From Amphiscolops sp. MND2022 (Eukaryota): a stretch of DNA of 64,000 nucleotides. A program made the translations under genes and the position numbers. How positions within the stretch are numbered: position 1 is the first letter of the stretch; every line of letters begins with the position of its first letter. The notes beneath the pieces were generated by a model that did not search any database, was not told where the DNA came from, and saw only the letters and a list, made by a program, of their open reading frames with translations. Location of the stretch: NCBI GenBank assembly GCA_964187785.1, contig OZ076409.1, positions 16,680,001 through 16,744,000 of the forward strand, written 5' to 3'. Below are positions 24,323 to 36,500 of this stretch, in pieces.

Positions 24323-24984
24323 AGTTTCAAATAACATAAAATTGAAATGGGTTTCACTGAACATAAAAAGAAAATTGTTTACGAGAAAGTTTCAGTGGTC
24401 AAAAGCAATCACAAATCAAAAGACTCCCTGAAAAATGTGTGGAAATTACAGATTAAATTTTCTGAGTTCGATTGTTTAACCGGGTATTCGGATTTATTTT
24501 TATTTGAAACTAATTTCATTTTTATGTTGTTTGACTCTAATTTTGTTTTTATGCTATTTGCACTTATGCTATTTGGTACGTAATCGTTATTTGAAACTAA
24601 TTTCTTTTTGTACTGTTATTTCTTCATGTTATTTGCACCTATTTTCTAAACATTTGTGTTATATCTTCTTTTCATCGCGCCCATGGAGTCGTTACATCTG
24701 ACTAAATGTTTTTTTCATGTCCTATATTCATCGCGCTCATGGAGTTGTTACAAATGACTAAATGTTTTTTAAACTGGAACAGCTGCAAATTTTGGGACGG
24801 CAAAGCTTAAATTGTACCAAAAATAAAACACTTGACTTACCTTACTCGAAGATTGAATTTGATTGTTCAAATTGAAGTTCTGCAGTCTTCTTGTTGTGTT
24901 CAGATTGACGACTGATTGTCAGCAGCAATGTTTGTTAAATAACGTTATTGAATAAAGCGAGGGATTCCGAACACCAATTTCTGC

Positions 24985-25302
24985 GCGTCATGGTCACGTG
25001 ACAAAAAGTTCATCTAATTCCAAGTACATGTAACGATTTTGGATCAAGCGAGGTATTTTGTTTACGTGACTTACTAAATTCTGCGAGTCATGGTCACGTG
25101 ATAGAAGGAAGAATAAGAATAAGAATGAAATTTTAAAGATTTGTAGAGATTTTAGAGATTTGTATAGAGCGAGGGAAGAAATGAGTGAAAAAATGAATGA
25201 ATTCACGAAGAAATTTCAATTTCGTAAATCCTTTTACGAACCATGTCGGGACTGAACGAAATTTTCATCGACCGGAACCAAAAGAACTGCTGTGACGTCA
25301 TA
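24985..25302 (-). promoter_or_regulatory. Putative promoter of the ZnF-JmjC gene
   Basis: GTCATGGTCACGTGA (E-box) twice, 100 bp apart, plus TGACGTCA (CRE) at ~25293. Lies upstream of a donor AAG|GTAAGT at 24841/24840 and an acceptor CAG|AAAATG at the start codon. Confidence 0.45.
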
Positions 25303-26507
25303 GGTATATGTATTGCATTAACTGTAGTTAACGAATGACTTCGTTCGCTCACAACAATACAATCTATTTGAACGCTCCTGCAGTTGTTACAAAAATAACA
25401 CTTTTTAGAAATGTTTTAGTTTTAAACTGGTAAATGTTTTAGTAATAAATACTATAGGAATGTTTCATTACAATAGGTTTTTTTAAAGTTGGCAAAAAGG
25501 GGGGGGGGGTATCTATTTTAAACATTCTACCTAAACACTCCTGGAGTCGTTACAAATTTTTTATGATCAGAGAGAGTTTACGCAATTTGTTATACAGGGC
25601 AACGTATTTTTTACATGTAATAATACGCGCACAAAACTTTATATATGTGTCCAATGTAACGGCATAATGGGGGGTGGCGCAGTTGATAGTTCCCGTGGGT
25701 ATGTATTGGAGCTTGATGCGTTGTCTACCACTTGTTCGATCCCCACCCATAAACTTCCAGGTGATTCGATGCAGACTACTCTGCATTCCCTCCTCCACTG
25801 TATTGATTGAGCAGAAGAGTGTGTTCCGCTTCACAATGATAGCAAGAGCCCGCATGGAAGGATCACTGAGCCACTGCATCCCTTTTGATGCACGGGACAA
25901 ATAGAAATAGTTTTTTTATTTTGACAAACATGGGGGGTATTTATTTGAAACTTTCTACTTAAACAATTCTGAAGGCGTTACAAAATCATTTGAACCATTA
26001 CACTTTATAGGAAGTTTTTAGACGGCAAACAGGGGATTTATATTCTGAAAACCATTTCAAAATATTCAACAAAATAATTCATATACAAACGGAAGGATCC
26101 ACAAATTAATTTTCTTTCGTTGAATTATTTTTGGTTGTGAATTATTGGTTGTGAATTATTGGTGGTGAATTAATATTGGTATTTCGGTGAACTCATACGA
26201 AACGAAGAATCCACAAAAATATAATACCTCCAATAAGTGACCTAATTAACGAAGAATCCACGCCAACTAATAATTGCTTAGTGAAGAATCCACACAATTT
26301 CAAGAATCGAGAGAAACGAGAGAAATTTCATTTTGGCGATTCTTCGCAGGTTACACACGGTATTAGTGCAAGAATCCAGAAAAATATTTCACTCCACTTT
26401 TGTCAATTCTTGAAACGCATGTGTTATAATGCAGTTCAAGAATCCACATAAGACTACAACAGATTTGTTGCAGTCACCGTTTTTCCCCGATTGGCGTCGT
26501 ATTGCAC

Positions 26508-29500
26508 CCAGCGGAGCCCCCAGCGTTTCACCCCCCCACTGATAGTCACATGCGGAACAAAGCAGATTCAGACGTGCTTGGAGCCCACCACGTTCGATCC
26601 ACAAGGGAGAACGTTGATCTCGATTCATCTGATGCTGGCAGCCGAGCAGGTGCGTAGACCAACGCTAACCTTGGCGAAACTCTGGGTTGAGCTACCTGTC
26701 CTCTATAACCGGATGGAGTTGCCCCGCCCAAAACAGTGGTACGTCCCTGGAGAGTCGGAGACCCTGACTACATACTCGCCAGTACCAGTCTGTGCAACGA
26801 TGGATGGCGTGGACGTGAAATTCGAGGCCTGTGTGGTGGTAGATGTATTCCCGCCCGGCTTATGCTTGGGACCTCAAGAGCTGAAATGCTATAATATCAA
26901 CCACCAAGAACCCACCGGGGAAGCGCGGATAGATGAGCGTGCGTCGCTTGTTGTCTCCTTTGTGGTGCCCCATGCGGCACCTATCCCACTGCGAGGCTTG
27001 GTGGATACTGGTTCCGGGGTGTCCATACTAACCTTCTCCGCCTTCAACCGGGTAGCTGCACGGACCGGTGCGGTCCTGAAACCCTATCAAATTGATTTGT
27101 ACGCTGCCAATGGGAAGACAATAAAGACTTTCGGGTTGGCTGAGCAGGTACGCTTCCAGTTGGGAGGGTATGAACTCGAAACCAATTTCGTCGTGGTAGA
27201 TGACGCAATGGGCGTGGAGGACTTTCTGTTGGGTCGAAACTTCCTCCGTTCCTACCAAGTCCTGGTAGATCTAACCTCCATGAAGATAGTGGTGCGAGCA
27301 CCAGTGAAGCCCGTCTGGCATCATGCACACACCCAGGTAGGTGATGCTTCGCTAACTACTCCCATTGCTCTGGACAGTGACCTGGTCCTACAGCCTTTCG
27401 AGCGTACAGTGGCAAAGGCTAAACTTGTCACCAACGCGCTTGAACCATTAATTTTCCAGACCGTGGCGCTTAACGCCTCGTTGTCTGATCCCTCATTGCA
27501 AAATACTATCTTTTTAGAGGACAGCGTGGCCACTGTCAGTGAGACAGGAACACTGTATGTGAGTCTGGTAAACCTCACCAGCAACCAGCAACGTGTACGA
27601 TGTGGTGCCCACCTGGGCACGGTAGTGCCTGTGTCTTTAGTATACCAGGCTGTGCCCCAAAAGCTGGATGCTACTGCGGAAACTGACCACAAAACTGAAG
27701 CCGACAACAGTCGAGCAAATTTTGTTTATAAAGTGTACAGTGAAATGAATCTATCCACTGCTTCTGAGTTAACTTCTTCATCTGAATTTGAGTTTTTGTC
27801 TTCGACGGATCCAAGTAAAGCGGGGGTCTCGGAGCGCGAGATTCGCAAGCGCACCGATTCAGACCTATTGGCCCCGATCCCTGGGCCCGATTCTCAATTG
27901 CAAGAAGTAAAAAAACTCTGGGGCGCTAGCGCCTGCGAGTCCTTGGACAACATTCTTAATGAGTTTGATGACTTGTTCATGAAACGTAAGGCGGACATTG
28001 GCCGCTGTACCATTGCTAAACACACGATAGAGGTAGAGCCTGGGGCTATACCGCACCATGAAGGTGCTCGCAGAATGTCCCCCGAAAAGGCTGAACGAGC
28101 CAACCAGGAGGTTCGGAGCTTATTGGCCTTAGGGATGATACAACCTTCACTGTCCCCTTGGGCAAGTGGTATCGTAATGGTAAAAAAGAAAAGCGGGGAG
28201 TAACGTTTTTGCTGTGACTTCCGACCGCTGAATGAAGTAACCATTAAGGATGCCTACCCTTTGCCCCGCATCGATGAAAGCCTGGCGCGACTGGGCAATG
28301 CAAAGATCTACACTAGCATAGATCTTGCCTGGGCTTTCTGGCAAATTCCCTTGCGAAAGGCAAACCGCCACAAGACATTTTTTGCCTGTGAGTTGGGACT
28401 CTTCGAATGGCGAAGAATGCCATTTGGCTTATGCAATGCATCAGCCACCTTCCAGCGAGCAATAGCGCGAGCGCTACAAAAAATAGTCAATCGCAAAGGC
28501 AGCATGGTCATGGCATACATCGACGACATAGTTATAGCAACAGAGACTGTGGAAGATCACATGGTGCGTCTGCGCGAGGTTTTTGAATGCCTCCGCGAGG
28601 CTGGCTTCAAGATGCGCGTAGCCAAATGCGACTTCATGAAACCAGAAATCAAATATCTGGGAAGCGTAGTCTCCGCAGAAGGTGTCAAACCGGACCCGAA
28701 GGCTGTTGCCAAACTGCGCGATTGGGACATCCCCCGCAACGAAACAGAAATGCAAAGTTTCCTGGGATTCGCTAATTATTATCGTGAATTTATCCCATGG
28801 CATGCCAAGCTGGTTGCGCCCCTCCACGCCGTTACGGGACTGAATGCCACGTTTGCATGGGGTCCTGACCAACAAAAAGCCTTCAACGAAATCAAGAAAG
28901 CACTGATCGAGGCGACTGCGCTCGCGCAGCCGGATTCCGAAGAAGAGTTTGTGCTGGACACCGATGCCAGCGCCGTTGCCATTTCCGGTATCCTACACCA
29001 GTGGCAAGGAGCTCCAGGAGAGCGACGCCTACGACCGATCATATACGGCAGCAAGAAATTGACCACTACCCAAGCCAAATATGGGGCACCCAAGCTGGAA
29101 AAGTTTGCAGCCTACTACTTCATCCTGAAATACCACAGCTACCTTTGCCCCCGAAAGTTCACCCTGAGAGTCGACAACCAAGCCCTATCCTGGTTGAAAA
29201 CCTACTCCACGGACCAAGCATTGATTGGACGTTGGATCATGACGCTGGACAGGTATCACTTTCGTGTGGAACACAGACCGCGAACTCAACACCGCAATGC
29301 TGATGGCTTGAGCAAACGAACCAACGATTATCGATGCCGAGAACAGCAGCTTGCGCAGCTGCCAGCTACAGGAGAGCGTTGGAACTTCCTCTCGGCCGAG
29401 GAATTCGACAACCTCCCCATAGCCCCTTGGTTCGACCTGCAAGGTCGAATCATTCCAAATCATCCAGACCTACCACCGCATCTGCAGAACTTGGAGCCTA

Positions 29501-32500
29501 AGGCTCCTGACCAAGCACTCCGTGCTTCGACGACAGGCGAAGGCGCTAGCCGCACCTCTACCGCCCAAGCCTCCACCCGTGCTGCAAAAGCACGAGGACT
29601 TCTACCTAGACTATCCTGAAGACTGGATTGACGTCACCACTGAGGCGAGCGAGGATTACCTGCTGCCAACACATGCAGTAAATGTCCCCTCGCGCACCAT
29701 CTATTCTGTGACGGGAACGAGTAATGCCATGCTACAGAACTCTCCTGGTGGCGTGCGCGAGTCGATCATGGCCCTCAAGGACATTGACACCGAGCTCCAT
29801 GAACACACTCATACCGTACATGGGATCAAAGTTTTGGTCCTAGCCCAAAATTGCGATGTCCATGTGCTAGCGCTGAAAAAGCTCGTGCTGTGTTAATCCC
29901 TAGACAACGATGTGTTTCCCGAGAACGTGCGTGAGTTCGCACGTAACTACTTCCGCCAGAAAAAGGACCTCTTGTTCATAATCAAGAATGATGTCCTTTG
30001 CGTGCAATACTCCCCCACCCAACGCCCATTGCACGAACGTCCGTGCATGATCATAATGCCTCAGCTGTACCAGCATGAAATTCTGTTCCGTGCGCACGAC
30101 GCAATGGGACACCAGGGTATCTCAAAAGTGGTAGCTCGAATTCAAGAGCGCCACACTTGGCCCGGCATACGGCGCAGCGTCGGTCGATACGTCGGCCAGT
30201 GCCTCACCTGCCAACAAGTACGTGACAAGCCTGGTGACGTACGATTTCAACTGAAAAACATTCAGAGTGGCTACTTCAACGAGTTGGTCCAGTATGACCA
30301 CTTAAAAATCTGCCCCTCTGATAATAACAACACCGGCATTTTGGTCATCATCGACCATTTCTCTAAATTTGCAGAGGCAGTCCCTTGTAGTCACCACGAC
30401 TATGACGCAGTGACCACCTCACGATTGCTGCTGCAGAAGTGGTTTGCCCGCCACGGCACCCCCACTCGCATGCAATCAAACAATGCTCCAAACCTCACCG
30501 CTGAAGTCTCTAATGAGTTCCTGAAGGCAGCTCACGTCACTAAGGTGACCTCCACTGCCGGACATCCACGAACTCAAGGTTTGGTGGAACGGCAAAACCG
30601 CACCCTCTTAACCTTGTTGCGCGTCTTTTGCTCACGTCGCATGCGCGACTGGGACCAATGCTTAGATGAAGTGATCGGTGCCTATAATTCTACCAGGCAC
30701 GCCACTACAGGCTTCTCGCCCTACATGTTAACAAGGGGTGTTGAGAAAGCAATCCCCCTCACCTTTTTGTACCCTGAATTTGCGGCCAAGTCCTTTGATA
30801 CGCATGAAGCATACGTGGATCATGTGTTGGCTCGCCAACACGAAATTCACGACTTGGTCCGACGCAATACGCACCAGGCCCAATTACGCCAAAAATTGAA
30901 ATATGATTGTGCTATCCGAGCACGAGCTTACCAGCCAGGAGAGCTTGTCTGGGTTTTTTGCCGCTACGTGCCGCAAAAAGGCTCTCCCAAACTGATGCGC
31001 GCCTGGCGTGACCCGCACAAAATAGTACAGGTATTTCAAGAAGGACGCGTCTATGTATTGGACACAGGCCAAAAGGTTCATTTTGAGCGCCTGAAACCTC
31101 ATCATAGTGGGCCCCTTGAGCTCGCCATCGCGCAAGCGGACAGCGGCGAAATAGTGGTACTCATGGACCCTGACCCTGAACGTTCTATTGAAGTAGTTGA
31201 CGATGATAAGTCCCAGCCTTCATATAAAACTGAACACCTACTTTCAGAAGCATCTGACGTATCCTTGCCTTCGCGCAAGCACCATTGGATGGATACCCGT
31301 CTACGCACAAAGCTACGTGCTGGAGGTTCCCGCATGCAATACCAGCAGTTCCACTACTCGACCTCGGGCACCGACGACGAGTTGTCCGAAATCATGTTAC
31401 CGGTACCTCCTGATCCCGTTGATGCTGATCGTAGGGAACCCGAACCCCAACCCCCTTCAGACCAATCAATATCACCTACCCATCGTCTACCTCAACTATT
31501 CTCAGACCATGAGCGCGCGCGCTCTCCGTCACCACAAAGATCCTCTCCTGAAAAACAGCCCTCATTATTGGGAACATCGGCCCCACTACTGACAAATCCA
31601 TCGCTGACGAGTTTCTTCAATAACTATCCCATTTGGCCGACTGCTCCTTCCCTTCATCTGAAGTCCGCCACCGAGGATGACGACGCTCAGTCCAATGTGC
31701 CTACTCTTCCCACGACATTGCCCGGAGCGGGGACCGCTCCTTCTTTCAAAAGGGGAGGGGGAGACCACCCAAAACGCGAAAAAGGCTGATCAGAGCGAAG
31801 GCAAGAACGAGGAAGAAGGAAACAACAACAACAATGCCGACCGAGGCTTCTGAGGTCCCCCGATACCAGCTGAGAAGCAGGCGGCAGCCACGCTACAAGT
31901 GCGGGACCTGTGGGCTGCGAGACTGTGTTTGCTTGCTAGCCGTCAATGAGAACCGGAGGGTTCCCACTGGAGCCCGGGGAGTCCCTCCAGAGCGGGGAGA
32001 AAATCTAGTACATCGCCTTACGGTGAGAGCTGAAAAGACTTATTCCTCCCTGGAACGACACGGAGACCATCCCGTGGATACCATTCTGGAGAAATTATCA
32101 TTACCGGGAGTAGCGAAAGCTCCATGTCCTCGATTCAAGGAGTGGACTAGCGACGGAAGAGGGTTAGAGTTTACCCTCGGAACGGTGATGCCCCCAGTAC
32201 CCAGCAATATTGCGTTTGGACCCTTCAACTTCGAGCGGGAGCCTGTGCAAATGGTCCGATGCATCACCGCTGATCTTCTCTGTGACAAATACGGAATTCA
32301 CGTGGATCCGGGCGGAGTCTATAGCCCAGCGCCGCACTGGTGGTTGCTGGTTACTGCTTCACGAGTGGAGGCAATAGTGGAACCACTGCACCTGCTGTCC
32401 TGCTTGGAAGGTCTGAGGACCCTCACTACCGCGGACTTGATACTTTGCTTCCACATCATAGACTGGTATCGTGGCAAAGTGAAATTCGCGTGGTGGTTGG

Positions 32501-33234
32501 AACTAATCATCACTTGTTTCACCAATTATCCTCGCATTAGATTGCTGGACGAGTGGACTCATACTTTCGAGATTCCGCTTCCCCCAAAAGCCGCTTTGAG
32601 CACCCTAGATACATGGGTCAGGGCGAGCAGTGATAATCGAGCGATGCCACGCTCGGTGTGGCAAGACCTGGCTGCAATCCAGGGGCGTACGCCCCGCGTA
32701 TGCTTGCCTGCCGATAGTGGACCGGGGAGAGAGATTATCTACCCGGGAATTCTGCATCCAGCCCCAATAGAGCACCTCTCATATGATGTGACTGATTTTC
32801 TTCAAGTAGAAGGTGATATGGTGTTAGCGTGTCCCGCTGACCTAGAGACCAACTCAGCCGCCCTACGGTACGTGCTACGGGAATGCGGCAAGGAGAATGT
32901 ATTCTCCTTACGTCCTAAGGTGGGGGAGATTCTCACCATTCCTCCCGATATCAACCCAAACCCCAATCAGAGTATTCACTTACTAATAATCAGAGCAAAC
33001 CAGCGTGCGCCGCTGCTCACCGACGACTACCTACGTTGTATGATGCACTTGATACAGCGTTTGATAGAGAAAGGATCCACGAGGGTCCACCTACCTATAC
33101 TGGATCCAGAGCGACCCGCCCTTTCATTGGTAAACCTGTACAATACCCTAACGAATTTGCTGGAGGGCACTGGCATTCACGTGGTGCTGCATAACCGCGT
33201 GTATGTGTCCATTCTGAACATAGGGCCGGAGTAG
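26508..33234 (+). pseudogene. pol: pol of element 1: PR-like repeat, PR, dUTPase-like spacer, RT, RNase H, IN, Cys motif, two macrodomain-like units
   Basis: LVDTGSG, AYIDDI, DTDAS, HDAMGH..CLTC, YDH/QSN/VERQN (second catalytic Asp changed to Asn). Stops at 28201 and 29894; frameshifts near 29520 and 31760. Confidence 0.95.
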
Positions 33235-33490
33235 CCCGCCGCTCAAAACTCTTTTCTGTTGCCCCCTATTTAATTTATCTACCCCGATAATCGTTATGTC
33301 TGGGAGGAAGTCTTAAACCATCCCATGAAATGATTACCTTGTAACGTAGCGTTAAATACCTCCTATCTTTATGTTCTAGTTAGTTAGTTGATTACAATTT
33401 AAACTTGTTGCGGTTCCCCTATGGAACCATCTTTGTACTATTGCAACTGGATGATGAGCCCTAAGCTCTTCCCACAAAGCACCTAGTAAG

Positions 33491-33511
33491 CCTAACGGTA
33501 ATCCCTTTTAG
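33491..33511 (+). promoter_or_regulatory. Branch point and splice acceptor upstream of ORF3
   Basis: CCTAAC...CCCTTTTAG|ACCTATG, conserved in element 2 (CCTAAC...CCTTTTTAG|ACCTATG, ~46190-46210 minus). Confidence 0.65.
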
Positions 33512-33523
33512 ACCTATGATATA

Positions 33524-36500
33524 ATGGCTTATTACCCCAACAACACGGTGCCTATTTCCACGACGGGACCTCACGCCAATAGGTCTCAAGAATTGCCTGC
33601 GCGAGCGCAGAAGACTAATCAAGTCCAATATGTAGAAGAACGACTGAGGAACGGCCTCTCACCGTTAGCGGTAGCGGGCGTGGCCGCCCTACTCACTCAA
33701 CTAGACACAATGCAGACGCTGCCGGGTGTATCTGTGTCTCTGGTGACGGAAGTAGCCGGTTACCGTCGCACGCTAACCTGCCAAAACAATGCGTGGGATG
33801 GCCACGATTTGACGCACCAGTTCTTGGATGAACGTTCTACCACAATGCTCGGGCCCAGCCAGGGCACGAGATTCGAGCAAGAAGCCTCACTGTGTATGGT
33901 GCCTGCCAGCGTAGCAACGATGCCACCTCCTCAGATGGTCGCATTGCCCCCACCAGCACCAAAACCAGTACCAATGACGCCAACTTATTCCTGTTCACCT
34001 GCCTTTGGAACCTCATATCGAGCGCCACACATGGTACTGCAAACCACTACTAGTGCACCAGTCTCTGATCGAGAGCCCTCGGGGTCCCGGTTGCCACCCA
34101 TACCCAACCCAGAGCTGACGGGAAGGAGTACCAGCGAGCAGACCGTAATTGTGGCCTTGTAAGCAGTGGCCAACTATCCCAACTCCTACGATTTTGTTCG
34201 TGCCGTAGAGCAGAGAATCCCTGGACTAGCCACTTATCTGCAAGCTGCTGTTCAGCCCGCGGGCTGTGACCCTCCTGCTCCTTTAGTCGAGACGGCATCT
34301 ATGGATGTGGAAATTGCCGCTGGACCAAGCAACAGCGCAAGCGCTGCTAATGGCACACGAGAAGAAGCCGGGAGAAAGCGACTAACTGAAGAAACTGTCC
34401 CAGTTACCCCAGCTAGCTCAGTAACCGAGAGCCCGACTAGTCGTCCCCCTCCCGACAAGCGCGCTGATGTACCTCGACCCCAGCTGAAGAGTGTAGTCAT
34501 TCCTAGGCCTCCGTACCGGGTGGGTCATCTAGGCCGAAGCGCACCTCAAATGTCTTTAGCGGACGCGATCGAGCAGTATGGAGATCCGGACGCAGGCTCG
34601 GAAGTGAGCTCTGTGCCCTCGGGCACGAATCCAATAGATATGTCGCTGGAGATACCTGAGACGGTGGAGGAAGCCCGTCCTCCAGGCTTCCTCCCTCCAT
34701 CTGATGACGTATCTGGTTCAGTAGTCACCAATGATAGCAAACGCATTTGGATGGCGGCTGAGCATCTCTACCCCAGTCAATGCGCTATAAAGAAAAGGAC
34801 CCCTCCAACTGAAACGGAGCAAAAGGAGATTAACCGAACCACGATACCGGCGCAGGTCACACGTTCGCTGCGCCCCCGGGACGCAGATATGTCGGAGCAG
34901 GCCTGGGAACAGCGTGCTCGAGGCAGCTGCCTACGACAACTAACGATTACATGGCACCCCTGCAACATAATATCACCGAGCAATTCCCCGCACGGTATGT
35001 GTTGCGAGAAGGTGAGACATGGGAAGCGAACGCCCGCTACGCTCGCAATTTGAGATCTCTGAAACCACTATTGAAAGCAGCTCTGCAGCGCGCGCGCTAC
35101 TGCATGGCGGTTGATTCTACTTGCCGGAGTGACCTCCCTATTGACAATTTGATGCCTGACGTGCTGGTGCTGACTATGCCCCTGTCTCGCTTCGCTGAGG
35201 TCGCTGAGATGGTTGGAGCCATATACGATCCAAACTTAAGAGGATCACAGAAGGAACCACCCCCACAGCGCGTGATCTTTGCCAATCTTCTGGATCACAT
35301 GGCTTGCGAAGGGTTGCTGCGTGACCTGGACGCCATAATGTCCGATGTCCGACGACATTTCAGCCCTGGTAAATGAGGTGGTCGGTGCAATGGAACGTGC
35401 CGCAGGGATCCTTCGGGGTCGCCTGGGAGCGCTCGCGCTCTTTGTATCCCCACCAAGATTTATGTATTGGCCACGAAGTCTGCAGCAGTTTGTCTACATT
35501 CTGCTGGAGGTATGCAAGGCGCGCAGAGTCGAATTCGCAATCTGTGCACCAAACTTGCGTGTGGACCGAGAGGACCTGCGTCCAGATACCTTATCGTATC
35601 CAGCCTTCTTTGCCGCCGTATCTAGAGCGCTCATGGCTATAGAACGCTCGGGAAACGCCCAGCTAACCATTGACGACGCTATCCTCTGTGATCATGGAAT
35701 GCGGATGGGCAGGATGGCCTTTGACCTTGACGGCAACCGCATCGCCCGAGAGTCAAATGTGACCCAACGAGAGGCTGTTCGTCGATACAACTGGCTAGTG
35801 CGGAAGGACAAAGAAATCCCAGTGCGTGCAGAGTTCGCCGAACTGACAAAAAAATTGGTGCATGGCCTGCAGCACGCACCGTTGAAAGAACAATCCCTCA
35901 GATCCACTTCGCCTTAGGAATCGAGCCCGTGAAGCTGCCTGTAGGACTGCGGTGTATCGTGGCAATGGAAGCAACAAATCTGAAGGCAGAGGTCGACGCC
36001 GCAGCCACCACTTACGCCTATTGGTACCAGACTAGGTTTGCCACCAGAACTCTGGCAGAAGTAGCTCGAGAGCTCAATTGTCCATTGGAAGCCTTCTGTA
36101 CCAGTCTTGGTCTGGGATGGAACCTTGAAGTGCTAACTTCCGAGTTTTCGCTGACCCCTACGCAAACGGACAAGCTACTAGAAACAATTGGAGAGGCAAC
36201 TGTCGGAAAAATACTAGCGCTCGCGCTAGCGATGGGTCCAACGAAATTTGTAGCCGGACCACTAGCCCTGTTGGTCGACATCGTGATTGCCTGCGACCTC
36301 ACCGTGTTCTACAGCTACTTGGTCCTGGCACAAGGACAACTACGCAGCCTGACCCGCTGGGGACACTTGATGACCTCCAAAGACCAACAAGACTATTCCG
36401 CCCAACTGGAGCGCATGCGTGCGTCGATCCAGCACTGGCTATATTCCACCCTGGTGTTCGCCTCCGGTCTATTCGTGGGCGTGGACCAATCCCAACCACT

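Larger units (their letters stand above)
14191..26502. mobile_element. 12.3-kb terminal-inverted-repeat DNA element carrying a ZnF-JmjC gene; no transposase recognised
   Basis: Perfect 19-bp inverted repeat TACGACGCCAATCGGGGAA (14193-14211 / 26483-26501). Target duplication TGCAC (or GCAC) on both sides. Removing the insert restores ...RVLMLH|PAEPPAFH, as in uninterrupted element 2. Confidence 0.93.
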
